From the human T2T-CHM13v2.0 reference genome, Homo sapiens: a stretch of 64,000 bases of DNA. The stretch is from assembly GCF_009914755.1 (NCBI RefSeq), contig NC_060947.1, one strand, 5' to 3'. Of this stretch, positions 1-12,672 are shown piece after piece. Under the pieces are notes generated by a model. That model ran no database searches. It was not told the DNA's origin and worked only from the letters and a program-made list of their open reading frames with translations. The position numbers and the translations under genes were made by a program. Numbering within the stretch: the first letter of the stretch is position 1; each line of letters opens with the position of its first letter.

Positions 1-56
1 AGTTTTGAGTTGACTGGTGACAAATTTGCTTAGCTTTTGTTTGCATTAAAATGTCA

Positions 57-364
<308 letters not shown>

Positions 365-373
365 GTCACAAGT

Positions 374-579
374 AGCCTGGAAAACATGGCAAAACCCCGT
401 CTCGACAAACAAAAATTAGCCAGGCGTGGTGGTGCATGCCTGTAGTCCCAGCTACTCTAGAGGCTAAGGTGGGATATTGCTTGAGCCCAGGAGGCAGAGG
501 TTGCAGTGAGCCAACACCGTGTCACTGCACTCCAGCCTGGGCAGCGACAGAGTGAGACTTGTCTCAAAAAAAAAAAAAA
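374..579 (+). mobile_element. 5'-truncated Alu (older, AluJ-like)
   Basis: Begins mid left arm (agcctggaaaacatggc), has right arm and A-tail, followed by gtcacaagt at 580-588. Confidence 0.9.
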
Positions 580-587
580 GTCACAAG

Positions 588-1401
588 TGTGAAAAAAAAA
601 TCACTTAAAGTGCTTTTTTCTATTTTCTCACTCCACAACAACCATCAGCACAGAAGACTTCTGTGACCAAATGTGTGGGGGAGTTTTCCCCACCAACAAG
701 CAAGCAATCAGTTTTATAGTAAACACCTGCTGTGTGTCCTCTAATTTAATTTTGGTAGTGTCAAAATTAAATTAGGTTACCTGGAGATAGCATCAGATCC
801 CACAGGTTGGGGGCTCAGTTCCCAAGACTGGCCCCCTCCTTCAGACACCATCTGTCGGAAGTCTGGGGCTCCAGAGCTTCTGACTGATGGCCTTCAACTT
901 GGAGTTCCTACGACCCTCTTTTTGAATGTGATTAATTTGCTAGAATGGCTCACAGAACTCAGGGAAGCACTTACATTTACCAGCTTATTATAAAGAATAT
1001 TGCAAATAATACAGACAAATAGATGTATGGGGCAAGGTACAGGGAAGGGATGTGGGGCTTCTATGCCCTCTCCAGATGTGCCACCCTCCAGGAACTTTCA
1101 TGTGTTCATCCATCCAGAAGCTCTCTGAACTCTGTCCTTTGACTTTTTATGTAGGCTTTTTATGTATGCATGACTGATTAATCCATTGGACATTGGTGAC
1201 TGACTTACCCTTCAGCCCCTTGAAAGTGCCAGCGCTTTAATACTGCCTTGCTCTTTCCAGTGACCGTCTCCCATCCCGAAGCTACCTAGGGGCTGCCAGC
1301 CTAGCACACAAAAAGACTTCACTTTGGAGTTTATAAAAATTTTAGGAGCTGTATGCCAGAAAACAGGGTTGAAGATCTAATATATGTTTTGCAATATCAC
1401 A
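588..1401 (-). mobile_element. Solo LTR, MER21 family
   Basis: Reverse complement starts TGTGATATTGCAAAACATATA and contains GGCTGGCAGCCCCTAGGTAGCTTC, matching recalled MER21 consensus; TG..CA ends. Confidence 0.8.
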
Positions 1402-2870
1402 GATGTTTATTTAACTTCCATTTTTGTATCTTTCAAAAAATGGAAGTTAAATAAACACACAATTCTAGGCCTACAGCTATTATACTTTAGCACTCTGGGT
1501 ATATAACATTACTTTCTTCAAGCTACGTTATTTCTGTTTAAAAATTATATATCGATCCAGTCTTATTTTTGCTCATTTGAAGATAACCCATTGTTTTTAT
1601 TTTACTTTGAATATTTGCTTTTTTCTTTGGATTTCAACAGCTTTACTATGATGGACCTGGGTTTGGTTTTCCTCATGCCCCGCTGGACTTGAAATATACA
1701 TTGCTTCTTGCATCTGTGACTTGGTATCTTTTGTTACTTTTTGAAACTGCTCAAAAATTCTACCGTGAAATACTGCTTTTGCACTACTTTCTTTTCTTTC
1801 TTCTAGAACTCCAATTAAACATGCTTGGTGTATTTACTGTATCTCCTTTAATTTTGCCCCGTGTCTTTTTGTATTCTTCATCATTTTGTGTCTTCATACT
1901 TCATTCTGGATATTTTCTTCAGATCCTTCTTTCCAAACCTCCTTGTTGTTCAAGGAGATGTAAAAGAACTAATATGCATTAGACTGTGATAAGGCAAGAA
2001 TGTACATTGTAATGTGAAGGGTAAAGACCACAAAAGTATATCTGTTATTTTATGCTGCTAATCACAAAGTTGTTCTTAATTACAGTTATTGCATTTATGA
2101 ATTCTAGAAATTCTATTCATTTTAATATATTTTCCAATTCTTGGCTGAAATGCTTAATCTTTTATATTCTTGACAATAATGCCATTATCTGATTATCTGG
2201 ATTTTATGTTTTTTATTGTCCTTTTTTTGTTTGTTTGCTTGGTTTTTAATCATGTCATTTTATCTCCTTCTAGATTTTTTTTCAGAGAACTATATATAAT
2301 AAATTGTAGATTTATTTATTTCAGTCTTAGAATGAAGTTGTCTTGCTCCAGGGAAGATTTTTTTCTGTCAACTTGCTACGTTGCAAGGAAAACCCCAAAT
2401 CTCTTTAATCCCATTGATGATTGAGATGATTAATTTGGACTTCAGTCCCTTGGAGGGCTGGTCTATTTCCAGTTTACCCATATTTACCTGATGTAGCTCT
2501 TAGAGGTTCCTATCTAAGCCTGAGTGGTTTGCCAAGATCCCCTCTCCTTAACATACCCAACTTCAAATTTTATGCTCTTAGATCTATAACTCTGGGAATT
2601 TGGCACAAATTCACAGTATTTTAGCATCGTACCTATATCCTTAGGCATCACCAACTGCTGCTAGAAAAAAATCAGCCCCAAGGATTGGGATTACATTCTG
2701 AGTTTCCTTTTTTCCCCTGGTATTTCCCCCATAACATCTTATTGTATCATTAGCTTTTTGATGCCTTTAAACAACCTTTTATTTTAAATTATTTTCCACA
2801 CTTTTCTAGTTGTTCTCAGTTGAAAGTTTGGTGCAATGTAACTAGTCTCTCTTTGCTGGAAGAAAAACTC
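1402..2870 (-). mobile_element. Highly degenerate ancient L1 (L1M) fragments
   Basis: T-rich sequence with the character of antisense L1M; boundaries approximate. Confidence 0.5.
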
Positions 2871-3606
2871 TAAATTTATTTTTTCAAATGCTGAGTTTGG
2901 TATAGTCCTTATTATCCTCATTATTATCTTCTTTACTGTGTCTTCTCTCTAATGTTTGGAAGATAATGTCACAGGAATGGGAAAACACATGTAATATGCT
3001 TTCCATGAAGTTTTCCAGATGGACATATATGGCTAGCATGGATTCGGTATATCAGAAGTTTTTCTCATTTTATTGTATTGCCATTGCTCATCCTCATCTT
3101 GTGCTTCCATCCTTGAGTGTTTGCCTCTTGTTTATGAGACTGTCAGGTCTCTTTCAGCCTTCAACTACTCTCTGATATCTCAGCCACTCCCCTGATAATA
3201 AATTCTGGATCCTTCTCTTCCCACCGTCCTCCTGACTAATTATGAATATATACATTGAGGGAATGTTTTTCAAAATATAAACTTTAAAAAGGGCAATTGT
3301 TTTATCAACATATACAAATTTTCAAAATGGTTGGTGAACTGGTAAGCTCATTCACTCACTCTTGATTAACATGCAAATAAGTATAAATGTATATTTTAAA
3401 TGCCACTTCTAAAAATCTCTTAAATTTGAAAGCATTCATGTTTTGACCAAAGTAATCCACTTGTAGAATTATTGCAGGAAAAACTGTAAACAAATAATAG
3501 AATGTATATATAATCCTATTCTTCGCAGCATTGTTTATAGTAGCAAAAATTTGGAAAGATTTATTAAAATTTGAAATTTTATTAGTAGATTAAAGTTTGT
3601 GGCAGA

Positions 3607-3892
3607 TTTTTTTTTTTTTTTTTGAGATGGAGTTTCGCTCTTGTTGCCCAAGCTGTGATCTTGGCTCACCACAACCTCCGCCTCCTGGGTTCAAGCGATT
3701 CTCCTGCCTTAGCCTCCCGTGTAGCTGGGATTACACCCATGGGCCACCACGCCAGTCTAATTTTGTATTTTTAGTAGAGACGGGGTTTCTCCATGTTGGC
3801 CAGACTGCTCTTGAACTCCCGACCTCAGGTGATCCACCCGCCTCGGCCTCCTAAAATGCTGGGATTACAGGCGTGAGCTACCGCGCCCGACC
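3607..3892 (-). mobile_element. Alu (Sp/Sq-like) with a small internal deletion
   Basis: Poly-T then gagatggagtttcgctcttgttgccc; degenerate TSD tgtggcagatttt / tgtgacaaatttt. Confidence 0.93.
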
Positions 3893-4869
3893 TGTGACAA
3901 ATTTTAACTATAATAATAATCTATTGTATAAATTACATTAAAGTCAGAAATTGTTATTTAGGTATTTTAGAAAATATGAAAAAGGTAAATTTTGGACTAA
4001 TCATATTTATTCTTTCCTGAGCTTCCAGCTCAATGAGATTCAGCCATCAGTTCTTGCTCTGGTAAACAGGTGACCTTAGCTTTAATTTCCACAGTGTCTT
4101 TAAAGGAAAGCATATTAATTTGATAGATAATAAAAATCAATTAAATATCATTTCTGAACATGCAATGATATAAAATGTTAACTGAAATAGTAGGTTACAG
4201 ATATTTTTACAATATGATTGCAGTTTGAAAATATATCTGTGTATATATAACATATTCAATAGCACACAAGCATACAGCAGCAAACATATTCACTTATCAC
4301 CTCTCTGTTTCTCTCAGTCTCTCTGTCTTTCTCCCTCTCTCTCAAATTATTTGTTAAAGAAACTGGATCTTTTGTCATGCATTTGGTTCATTGCCTATCC
4401 ACAATGATGAAGCCCTGAATTGCTGCTGAGGCCTGATCAGATTCAGGTTTAATGTTTGGCAAGAATATTTCATAGGTGGTACCCATAACAAAGTACCTTA
4501 TATCTGGTTGTTTCCCTTTTTGTGATTTTTGCAAGGCATTAATGATCATTGTATAAATTCTTTATTTAATTAGAAGTTTTTGAATGATGATAGTCAAATT
4601 CTATCTTGCCTTCTTCATATATTAGCTAGAATATTCCTATAAAAATAAAATTTCATCAACAATTTGGCTATCTTTATGTACAGCTTGCACAGGGAAGGCA
4701 GAATAAATATTTGATTCTTCCCTTTTATTTACAAATTTTTATAAATATAAGTTGGTTTCCTGGCATTCTACAAATGTCATCAATAAGGTTCTTCTTGGTT
4801 GTTGTTTTTGAGTATCATTATGAACTCACAGCTTTTTAACATATTGATGGGATTCAAACCCTTGTTATA

Positions 4870-5175
4870 AGATTTTTGAGCAGAGGAATGAGAAGATTTG
4901 ACTTATGCTTCAAGAAAATCACTCTCCCTGCTATGATGAAAATGCATGGTGAGGGAGCAAGTGTAAAAGCAGAGGGACAAGTTGGAAGGCAATGTAATCC
5001 AGGAGATAGATGTTGGTGACCTTGCCAGGGTAGTAGCAATGGAGGGAATGAAAAGGGGCCAGACTCTGGATATATTTTAAAGGTAGAGTCAAGAGACTTT
5101 CCTGATCAGTTGGATGTGAAGTATGAGAAAAAGAGAGCACTCCAAGCTATCATCAAATTTTGGGGACTGAACATT
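4870..5175 (-). mobile_element. L2 fragment
   Basis: Antisense L2 3' motifs (atcactctccctgct; tctggatatattttaaaggtagag; ttggatgtg). Confidence 0.65.
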
Positions 5176-5435
5176 TCTGGATCAAATGCTCTAACCCATA
5201 TTTAATTTCACTTCCAGTGCCATACAGGGAAAGTCCCAAAGGTTATGAGTAACAAGACTCTCTTGACCATGGGTCACATGGTGAAAGCATTGACTTTCCA
5301 GAGGAGTTCATCTGAGGCCTGGTCATAATAAGTATATTGTAAAGTGATCAGGAGTGAATAGAACGTTTACTCACAAGTATGTCCTGAGGTAACATGGAGT
5401 AATTAATATACAATATGTATAAAATACAAACCTAT

Positions 5436-5717
5436 GGACAGGCACTGTGGCTCATGTCTGTAATCCCAGCAATTTGGGAGACCGAGGCAGGTAAATTTCT
5501 TGAGCTCAGGAGTTCGAAACCAGCCTGGGCAACATAGTGAGACCCCATGTCTACCAAAAATTTTAAAAAAATAGCCTGGCATGGGGTGTGGTCTCAGCTA
5601 CTTGGGAGGCTGAGGTGGGAGGATTCAGTGGAGCCCAGGGGGTGAAGGTTGTAGTGAGCCAAGATCATGCCTCTGCACTGCAGCCTAGGTGACAGTGTGA
5701 GACCCTGTCTCAAAAAA
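5436..5717 (+). mobile_element. Alu (AluJ-like)
   Basis: Diverged dimeric Alu; TSD taaaatacaaaccta at 5420-5434 and 6916-6930. Confidence 0.9.
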
Positions 5718-6922
5718 TATATATTTTTATATAAATATATATTTATAAAAATATATATTTTTATAAATATATATTTATATAATTATATATTTTATAAAAT
5801 ATATATTTTTATATAAATATATATTATATAAATATATATTTTATATAATATATAATTTATATAATATATATTTTTATATAATATATATTATATAATATAT
5901 ATTTTTATATAATATATATTATATAATATATATTTTTATATAATATATATTATATAATATATATTTTTATATAATATATATTATATAATATATATTTTTA
6001 TATAATATATATTATATAATATATATTTTATATAATATATATTATATAATATATATTTTATATAATATATATTTTTATATAAATATATTTTTATATAATA
6101 TATATTTTATAAATATATTTATATTTTATAAATATATATTTTTATATAATATATATTTATAAATATATATTTTTATATAATATATATTTATAAATATATA
6201 TTTTTATATAATATATATTTATAAATATATATTTTTATATAATATATATTTATAAATATATATTTTTATATAATATATATTTATAAATATATATTTTTAT
6301 ATAATATATATTTATAAATATATATTTTTATATAATATATATTTATAAATATATATTTTTATATAATATATATTTATAAATATATATTTTTATAAAATAT
6401 ATATTTATAAATATATATTATATATTTATAAATATATATTTTTATATAATATATATTTATAAATATATTTTTATATAATATATATTTATAAATATATTTT
6501 TATATAATATATATTTATAAATATATATTTTTATATAATATATATTTATAAATATATATTTTTATATAATATATAATATATAAATATATATTTTTATATA
6601 TTATATAAATATATATTTTTATATATTATATAAATATATATTTTATATATTATATAAATATATATTTTTATATATTATATAAATATATATTTTATATAAT
6701 ATATAAATATATATTTTTATATATTATATAAATATATATTATATAATATATAAATATATATTTTTATATATTATATAATATATATTTTATATATTATATA
6801 ATATATATTTTTATATATTATATAAATATATATTATATATTATATAATATATATTTTTATATATTATATAAATATATATTTTTATATATTATATAAATAT
6901 ATATTTTATATAAAATAAAATA
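5712..6922. repeat. Pure A/T minisatellite, units of about 31 bp
   Basis: About 1211 bp in which I see no G or C; units such as atatatatttttatataatatatatttataa. Confidence 0.97.
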
Positions 6923-7249
6923 CAAACCTAGAGAACCTTAAATTTAGATGCTAAAAGGAAGCTGGCTTCGGATAGTCTAATTTCCTTAATCCCCACCTCC
7001 AAAACCACTAGTATTACCATTGTTTCAGTTGAATGTGATAAAAATAAAATATCCTTTGTGAATATGCTTATGGGAAAGAGAATTGATACTATCTTTTAGA
7101 TGTAAATTAAACTTCCAAATCTTGTCACATGGTGAATTGAACATGTTGGTGGGGAATACAGAGGGTGAACAAGGAAATTTCTAGGAGTAAATACAGTGTG
7201 AAATATAACTGAAACACTTTATAAGCATTCCTGAGTCCACAATTATTTG

Positions 7250-7770
7250 ATAAAGTAGACTTGCTAGCAAAGAAAACCAATAGAAACAAAAAGAATATTA
7301 CATAATGATAAAAGGATCAATCCACCAGGAAGACAGAATGATCCTACCTGTATACACACCCAAACAGCAGAGGCTCAAAATACGTGAAAGAAAAACTGAC
7401 GGAGCTGAAATAGCCAAGTCCAAAGTTGTCACTGGGGCCTTCAACATCCCACTCTTAGCAATTGATAGAATTACTATATAGAAAATCTACAAGGCTATAG
7501 AAGATCTGAATAGTATAATCAGTATAATAGTATGATAGTATAATACAGTAGTATAATCAATACAGATCTACATGACATATATAGAACATTTTACCCAACA
7601 ACAGCAGAGTACACTATTTTCCCACATATCTTATAACGTTCATGATAGACCATGTTCACAGACATAGACCATGTCCTGGGCCATCAAAAAACCTCAATAA
7701 ATTTAAAAGAATGAAAGTCATACAGAGTATTCTCTCTGACCACAGAAAAATCTCTAAACACTTGGAAATT
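7250..7770 (+). mobile_element. Old L1 ORF2 endonuclease-region fragment
   Basis: tacataatgataaaaggatcaatccaccaggaagac ... tctctctgaccac resembles the L1M endonuclease region. Confidence 0.7.
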
Positions 7771-10700
7771 GTAGTTGACACCTGTCATTTCTGATCATTG
7801 TTCAGCTCCTTGTTATAGAAGAGTAGCGGTTAGAAGCATTGCCTTCTCAACTGAAAGGCATTTCAGGCTTAGCAAAAAGAAAGCTCACTCTGTATTTCCA
7901 AAAGAGTATTGTTGAGGGCAAGGCTGGAGGCAGAGAGACAGTTCAGCAGGATGATGCATCAATCCATCCTGTCATGAAAGCTTGCACTAGAAAAGACAGT
8001 ACAGCTTGCTGATTGTTAATAAAATCAATTTGGTGGCTGATTGCATTTGGGAGGTGTGAGAGAGGTTGCCTATCAGGTTTTGGTGAGGTTGTTAGACTAT
8101 AGTGGCATAAGAGAAGGCAACATTTGGAGCCTTCCTGGGGTATGGTTGATGTGCAGTCTAATCCATGAACATTCACACTTCTGTTCTCTATAAATCCTGC
8201 TCCATTTTCCAAATGGTTCCACACAGTTACCTCCTCCTTTAAGATCTCTTCCCTAACTATGTCATCTGTGAGAAAAGGCTCTCCTATCTGGACGGGTAGA
8301 GGAGTTTGCTTTCTGGGGCTTGTGTGACTGCTCTATTAGGGCGGGTTGGCACTTTGCTTGCCTTACTATGGTGTTAGGCCAAGAAATGGTACATGGTATA
8401 TGACCACTGATGTGTCTTCAAACTTGTATTTTTGTTCCAAATTTCAGAACACAGTGATGGTAGCAGCTCTCCTCAAGGAGAAAATAAAGGTGGAGATTCT
8501 TCCCAGGGGAATTTTGGAAAGGAGAACCTTCATGATGAACATGATGGGTATGAGCTCCCACCTCCCCATCTTCAGAAGGTAGATGAAAATGTGGAGGTGG
8601 GGGATGTCCACGAGGATCCCCAAATAAGAAAGTAAGTGACCAGGCAGGCTGGTTTGCACATAGCAGCCCCTGGGACTTTGTAATTCTTTCACTCTCTGTA
8701 GTCTTTTTTTCCTCTCCCTGAAAAACTGAAGAATGCTAGAAGTGAAGTAATGGCTGAGAAATCCTAATTGCAGACCTGGTTTTCAGTGAGTTGAGGGTGT
8801 ATGAAAAACTGTGTCACATTTCTATGCATTTCTATACATTTATAGACATATCTTTTTATCCATTTCCCTACAGCAACCCCTCTACCTTACAACCCGATAG
8901 TAGGAGTGTGAAATGCCATAGTGAATACCAAGATAGAATTCCTCCAGAGAGAGAAGTGGAGAAGAACACACAGAATGGAGACCCAGGGACCTGGTTCAAG
9001 GTCACAGTGAGTGTCCTGAGAAAATGCAAAAAATGTGCAGGAAAGGTGGGTCAGGGAGAGTTGTGTTAATCACACGTAGAAATACTAGATATTTTTCTGA
9101 GGACAGGGAAGTTAACATCTAAGCACAGGTTCAGAAAAACAATGTAAAGGGAACAGGCTGACTGCAAGAGGACCCAAGAGTCTGTCTAAACGCAAAGGTG
9201 GAAACTACTGCCAAGAAGATGTGGCAGCTCTCCACAAGATGCCTCATGGCTCAAGCTGAGTGTAGCAGTGTTGAGTTTCTGGAGTTCTTGTCAGAGGTGC
9301 AGGCTGGGTCTTCAATAGGTAGAATCTCCTAGCACCTTAAAAAAAAGATCATTTAGAACATCTGAATTTTATTATCTGAGAGTTATATTTGGAATAGAGA
9401 GAAAGGACAACTAGGAAACCCATGTCTGGCAAAAAAAAAAAAAAAAAAAAAAAGTTGAAATCATGTTAATGGTCCCTATCTTAGAAGTCTTTTAAAGCTC
9501 CATTAGAAGGTTAGAATAAAACACTTAGTTGGGTTATTTTCCAGACTTAATTCCATGTTGTCTCTCTTCTATCCTATCCCTTCTTTTCACCATTAGATTC
9601 CTTATGGGATAAAGTATGATAAGAGTTGGATAGTGAATTCAATCCAGAGCCATTGCAGTGTCCCCTTCACTCCAGTCGCTGTAAGAGAAGATGGTGAAGC
9701 CAGATGAGTAGGCACAAGGGAGGGGGAGACGCCTGACTCAGCAGGGGCCACTGACCTCTGACACTATTGCTCTTGCCTTTACTCCCTGTAGTTCCACTAC
9801 AACAAAAATCGGGCCCATTTCTTTATTCAGGATGCTAGTGCTGCCTGTGCATTAAAGAAAGTCAACTGCAAGATTCATGATGAGGAAAACCAAAAGGTAT
9901 ATGTCAACAACATTCCCTATATACAGTCTCTGGGAAAGAGGACAGGCCAGGGTCTAGTCATTGTCTTTTTTGAGATTGAGGTCCTCGTGCTCAACTTGCC
10001 TCACCTTCTTGCAGGTATTTGTTTTTGTCAATCTTTCTACTAAACCCCAGTCTATCCAGAAAATGTTGAAACCAAAAGAGATGGCATAGCTAAAGGTAAT
10101 ACAGACTCAAGGCACCACTTCTTCCCCCACCCCTATATTTCCCTGTCACCACTACCACCACCACCAGAGCCTCAGAGCTGCTCTCTTCATCTGTCTCTGC
10201 AGCTGACCCTGAACAAATGATATGATGTCTCCCAGCAAGCTCTTGATCTCCAGAGGCTCCGCTTTGACCCAGGTATGGCTGACAGCAGCAATTCTAGGGC
10301 AAGTAGGGGCAGAGCAGTCTGCCTGGAAAGGAGACTTATATGGACGGCAACTTTGGGAGGGTTGGTGCTGGTGCTGGTCCAGTCAGGCCCCTTACAGCCT
10401 TCTGATGCCCTTCTCTCGGCTTCCTGGAGACTTGGTGAAACATCATATTGATATAATCCTGAATCAAAGAAACTACATGGCTGCCACTCTGAAGATCATT
10501 GAAAGGAATTTCCCTGAGGTGAGGCCTTAGGCCCAGTGCTAGTATTTAATTAGAGGGGTGGAAGAAATGGAGTGAAAGGCAGATTTGTTTCCAAGGCTCG
10601 AGATAGTATCCGTCACTCTAACTGTTCTTACCTGATAGCTATTATCTTTGAACTTGTGCGACAACAAACTGTACCACCTGGATGGCCTGCCTGACATTAT

Positions 10701-12333
10701 AGAGAAGGCTCCCAAAGTCAAGACCCTGAATCTCTCCAAAAATAAGGTGAGAAGGGGGAACCAGATCAACTTTGGATGGAGGGTGGATGGCAGTACATAT
10801 CAGAATAATGGCAACAAGCAGGCAGAGGTACCTGTGGGTGACTGTGAGGACTGGGGGAATTCGGGACCCAGGGTCCCGGGTGTTTCTCTTTCCCTGGCCC
10901 TCCTTCTCCAGTTTCCTCCCCATCTTTCTTAGCTGAAGTCGGCTTGGGAGTTGGGCAAGGTGAAAGGGTTGAAGCTCGAAGAGCTATGGCTGGAAGGGAA
11001 CTCATTGTGCAGCACCTTCTCTGACCAGTCCGCCTATGTAAGGTCAGTGGCAAACCCTGTCACCCTTCCTGGGCACCTTTGCTCCCTGGGTGACTGAGCT
11101 GTGTCTGAAGGTGCCCTTCTGCAGGAAGAAGCAGCCTTGGTCCTCTGGGAGGACCACAGACCTCCCCTCCTACTCTCTCTCTCTCTCTCCTGTCTCTCTG
11201 TCACTCACTCATCTGTGGTTAGAGGTCTCCTTTCCTTCCTCTGACATGGTCCCCTTTTCACCTGCTCTGGTGTGTGTTTCCCGCCTGTCTCCACCAAGCC
11301 TCCTCCAGTGTGCCCTCTGTGAGTGTGCTCCAGGAAGTGGGGCTCCCCACCTCCCCAGGACCAGCAGTATTCAGATGCTGGTGCCCTGAACCGAGAAGAG
11401 TCCTTTAGTCCGGGACCTCATGCTGAGACAGGCCTTCCTGCCTCCATGCTGAGATGGGGCTTCCCTCCCCTGTCCCGAGAGGGGTTCTCCTTCTCTTGCT
11501 CCAAAAAGGTCCCCCCACCTGTCCTGGGCTGGCATAGGGGCTTCCCTGCCCCATACTGAGGGCTGGGGCCCCGGGTGGCTGCTGTCATGCCATCTCTTCC
11601 TCTGGCCCAATGCCAGGAGCTGGGCCCTCCTTGGGGAGAAACCTGGGTTTCCTACGTCAAGGGGCCAGAAGCGGGCCACGTTCCTGAGGCGGGAGTGGAA
11701 GGCAGAGGGCAGAGGAGGTTGAGGAGACAGAAGGACAGGCCTCTCAGGGCACTGCCCCACCTTCCCTCCTTCCCCACCTCACATCGTCCTGCCTGGGCCC
11801 TCAGAGGAGCCCTGGGTAGCCCGAGATGGGTAGCATTCCTCGGTCAAGGCGTCAGCACAGAGGGGCACAGGAGTCAGGGACCATCAGAAGAGAATGCAGT
11901 GGTCTGGAGAGGGGGTCCCCAGACTCTGAACCCCATGCTGAGCTGGGGCCTGACTCTTCACTCCTCCCGGGAGAAGGTCTCCTGTCCCCGTGGCTGCTCT
12001 GTTTCCCATGCCCAGCTCAGACTGAGCTCACACAGGTGAGGAAGGCTCCAGCTGCATCCAGTGGGCCCCAGCCCAACAGGTGCATGTTTTCCTTTCCTGC
12101 CTCAGTCCCCAGGGACAACCGGGAGCGATGAGGGAAAGGGCTGCAGCAGGGGAGCCCTTTTCTCCTCTATACCTCCCTGAACTCCACCTCCACAGTAGAG
12201 CATCTTTCCCTTCCCTTTGCTTTGCATCCTGTTTCTCCCTTGCGTCTCCTCTCCTATGTCTCACCCGTCTCTCCCTCCCCTACCTTCACCCCATTTCTGT
12301 TGTCATCACCCTGCCTTCCCCTTCCTGCCTCCT

Positions 12334-12458
12334 GAGCCCAGCCTCACTCACCTACCTATCCCAGCATCCTCAGCATCCCTAAGACCTGACCTGGTCTTGG
12401 CCAGGGGCAGGCCAGGCAGATTGACGGACAGCCAGTGGGGTAGCAGAGCCCTGGGCTC
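12334..12458 (+). promoter_or_regulatory. CTE-like RNA hairpin in the intron between the 110-nt and 37-nt exons
   Basis: CCCTAAGAC ... ATTGACGGA internal loop closed by CTG/CAG and CCTGGTCT/AGGCCAGG; basal GAGCCCAG/CTGGGCTC stem. Confidence 0.65.
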
Positions 12459-12599
12459 CCACTCCATTTCCTGCTCCCTGCATAGCCTTCCGTGGGGATT
12501 TGGACAAAGGGGAGGGAGGGAGGGGGAAGAAACCCTGGAGCTCCCAATGCTGCTTCTTGTGGCACTGGAGAAGAGAGTCGGGGCAATCTAGGTGGAAGC

Positions 12600-12672
12600 T
12601 AACCAGGAGGAAGGAGAGGGAGGAGAGTGAGAGGGGGAGAGGGAGGGGCAGGGGGAGGGAGAGGGAGAGAGG
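12600..12672 (+). repeat. GA-rich purine tract
   Basis: ggaggaaggagagggaggagagtgagagggggagagggagggggcagggggagggagagggagaga-type low-complexity run. Confidence 0.8.

Noticed and set aside
5712-6922. CRISPR-like array
   Set aside because: Eukaryotic low-complexity tandem repeat with no unique spacers.
9431-9453. Orphan poly-A run as a retro-insertion
   Set aside because: No element body or clear TSD; treated as a simple mononucleotide repeat.
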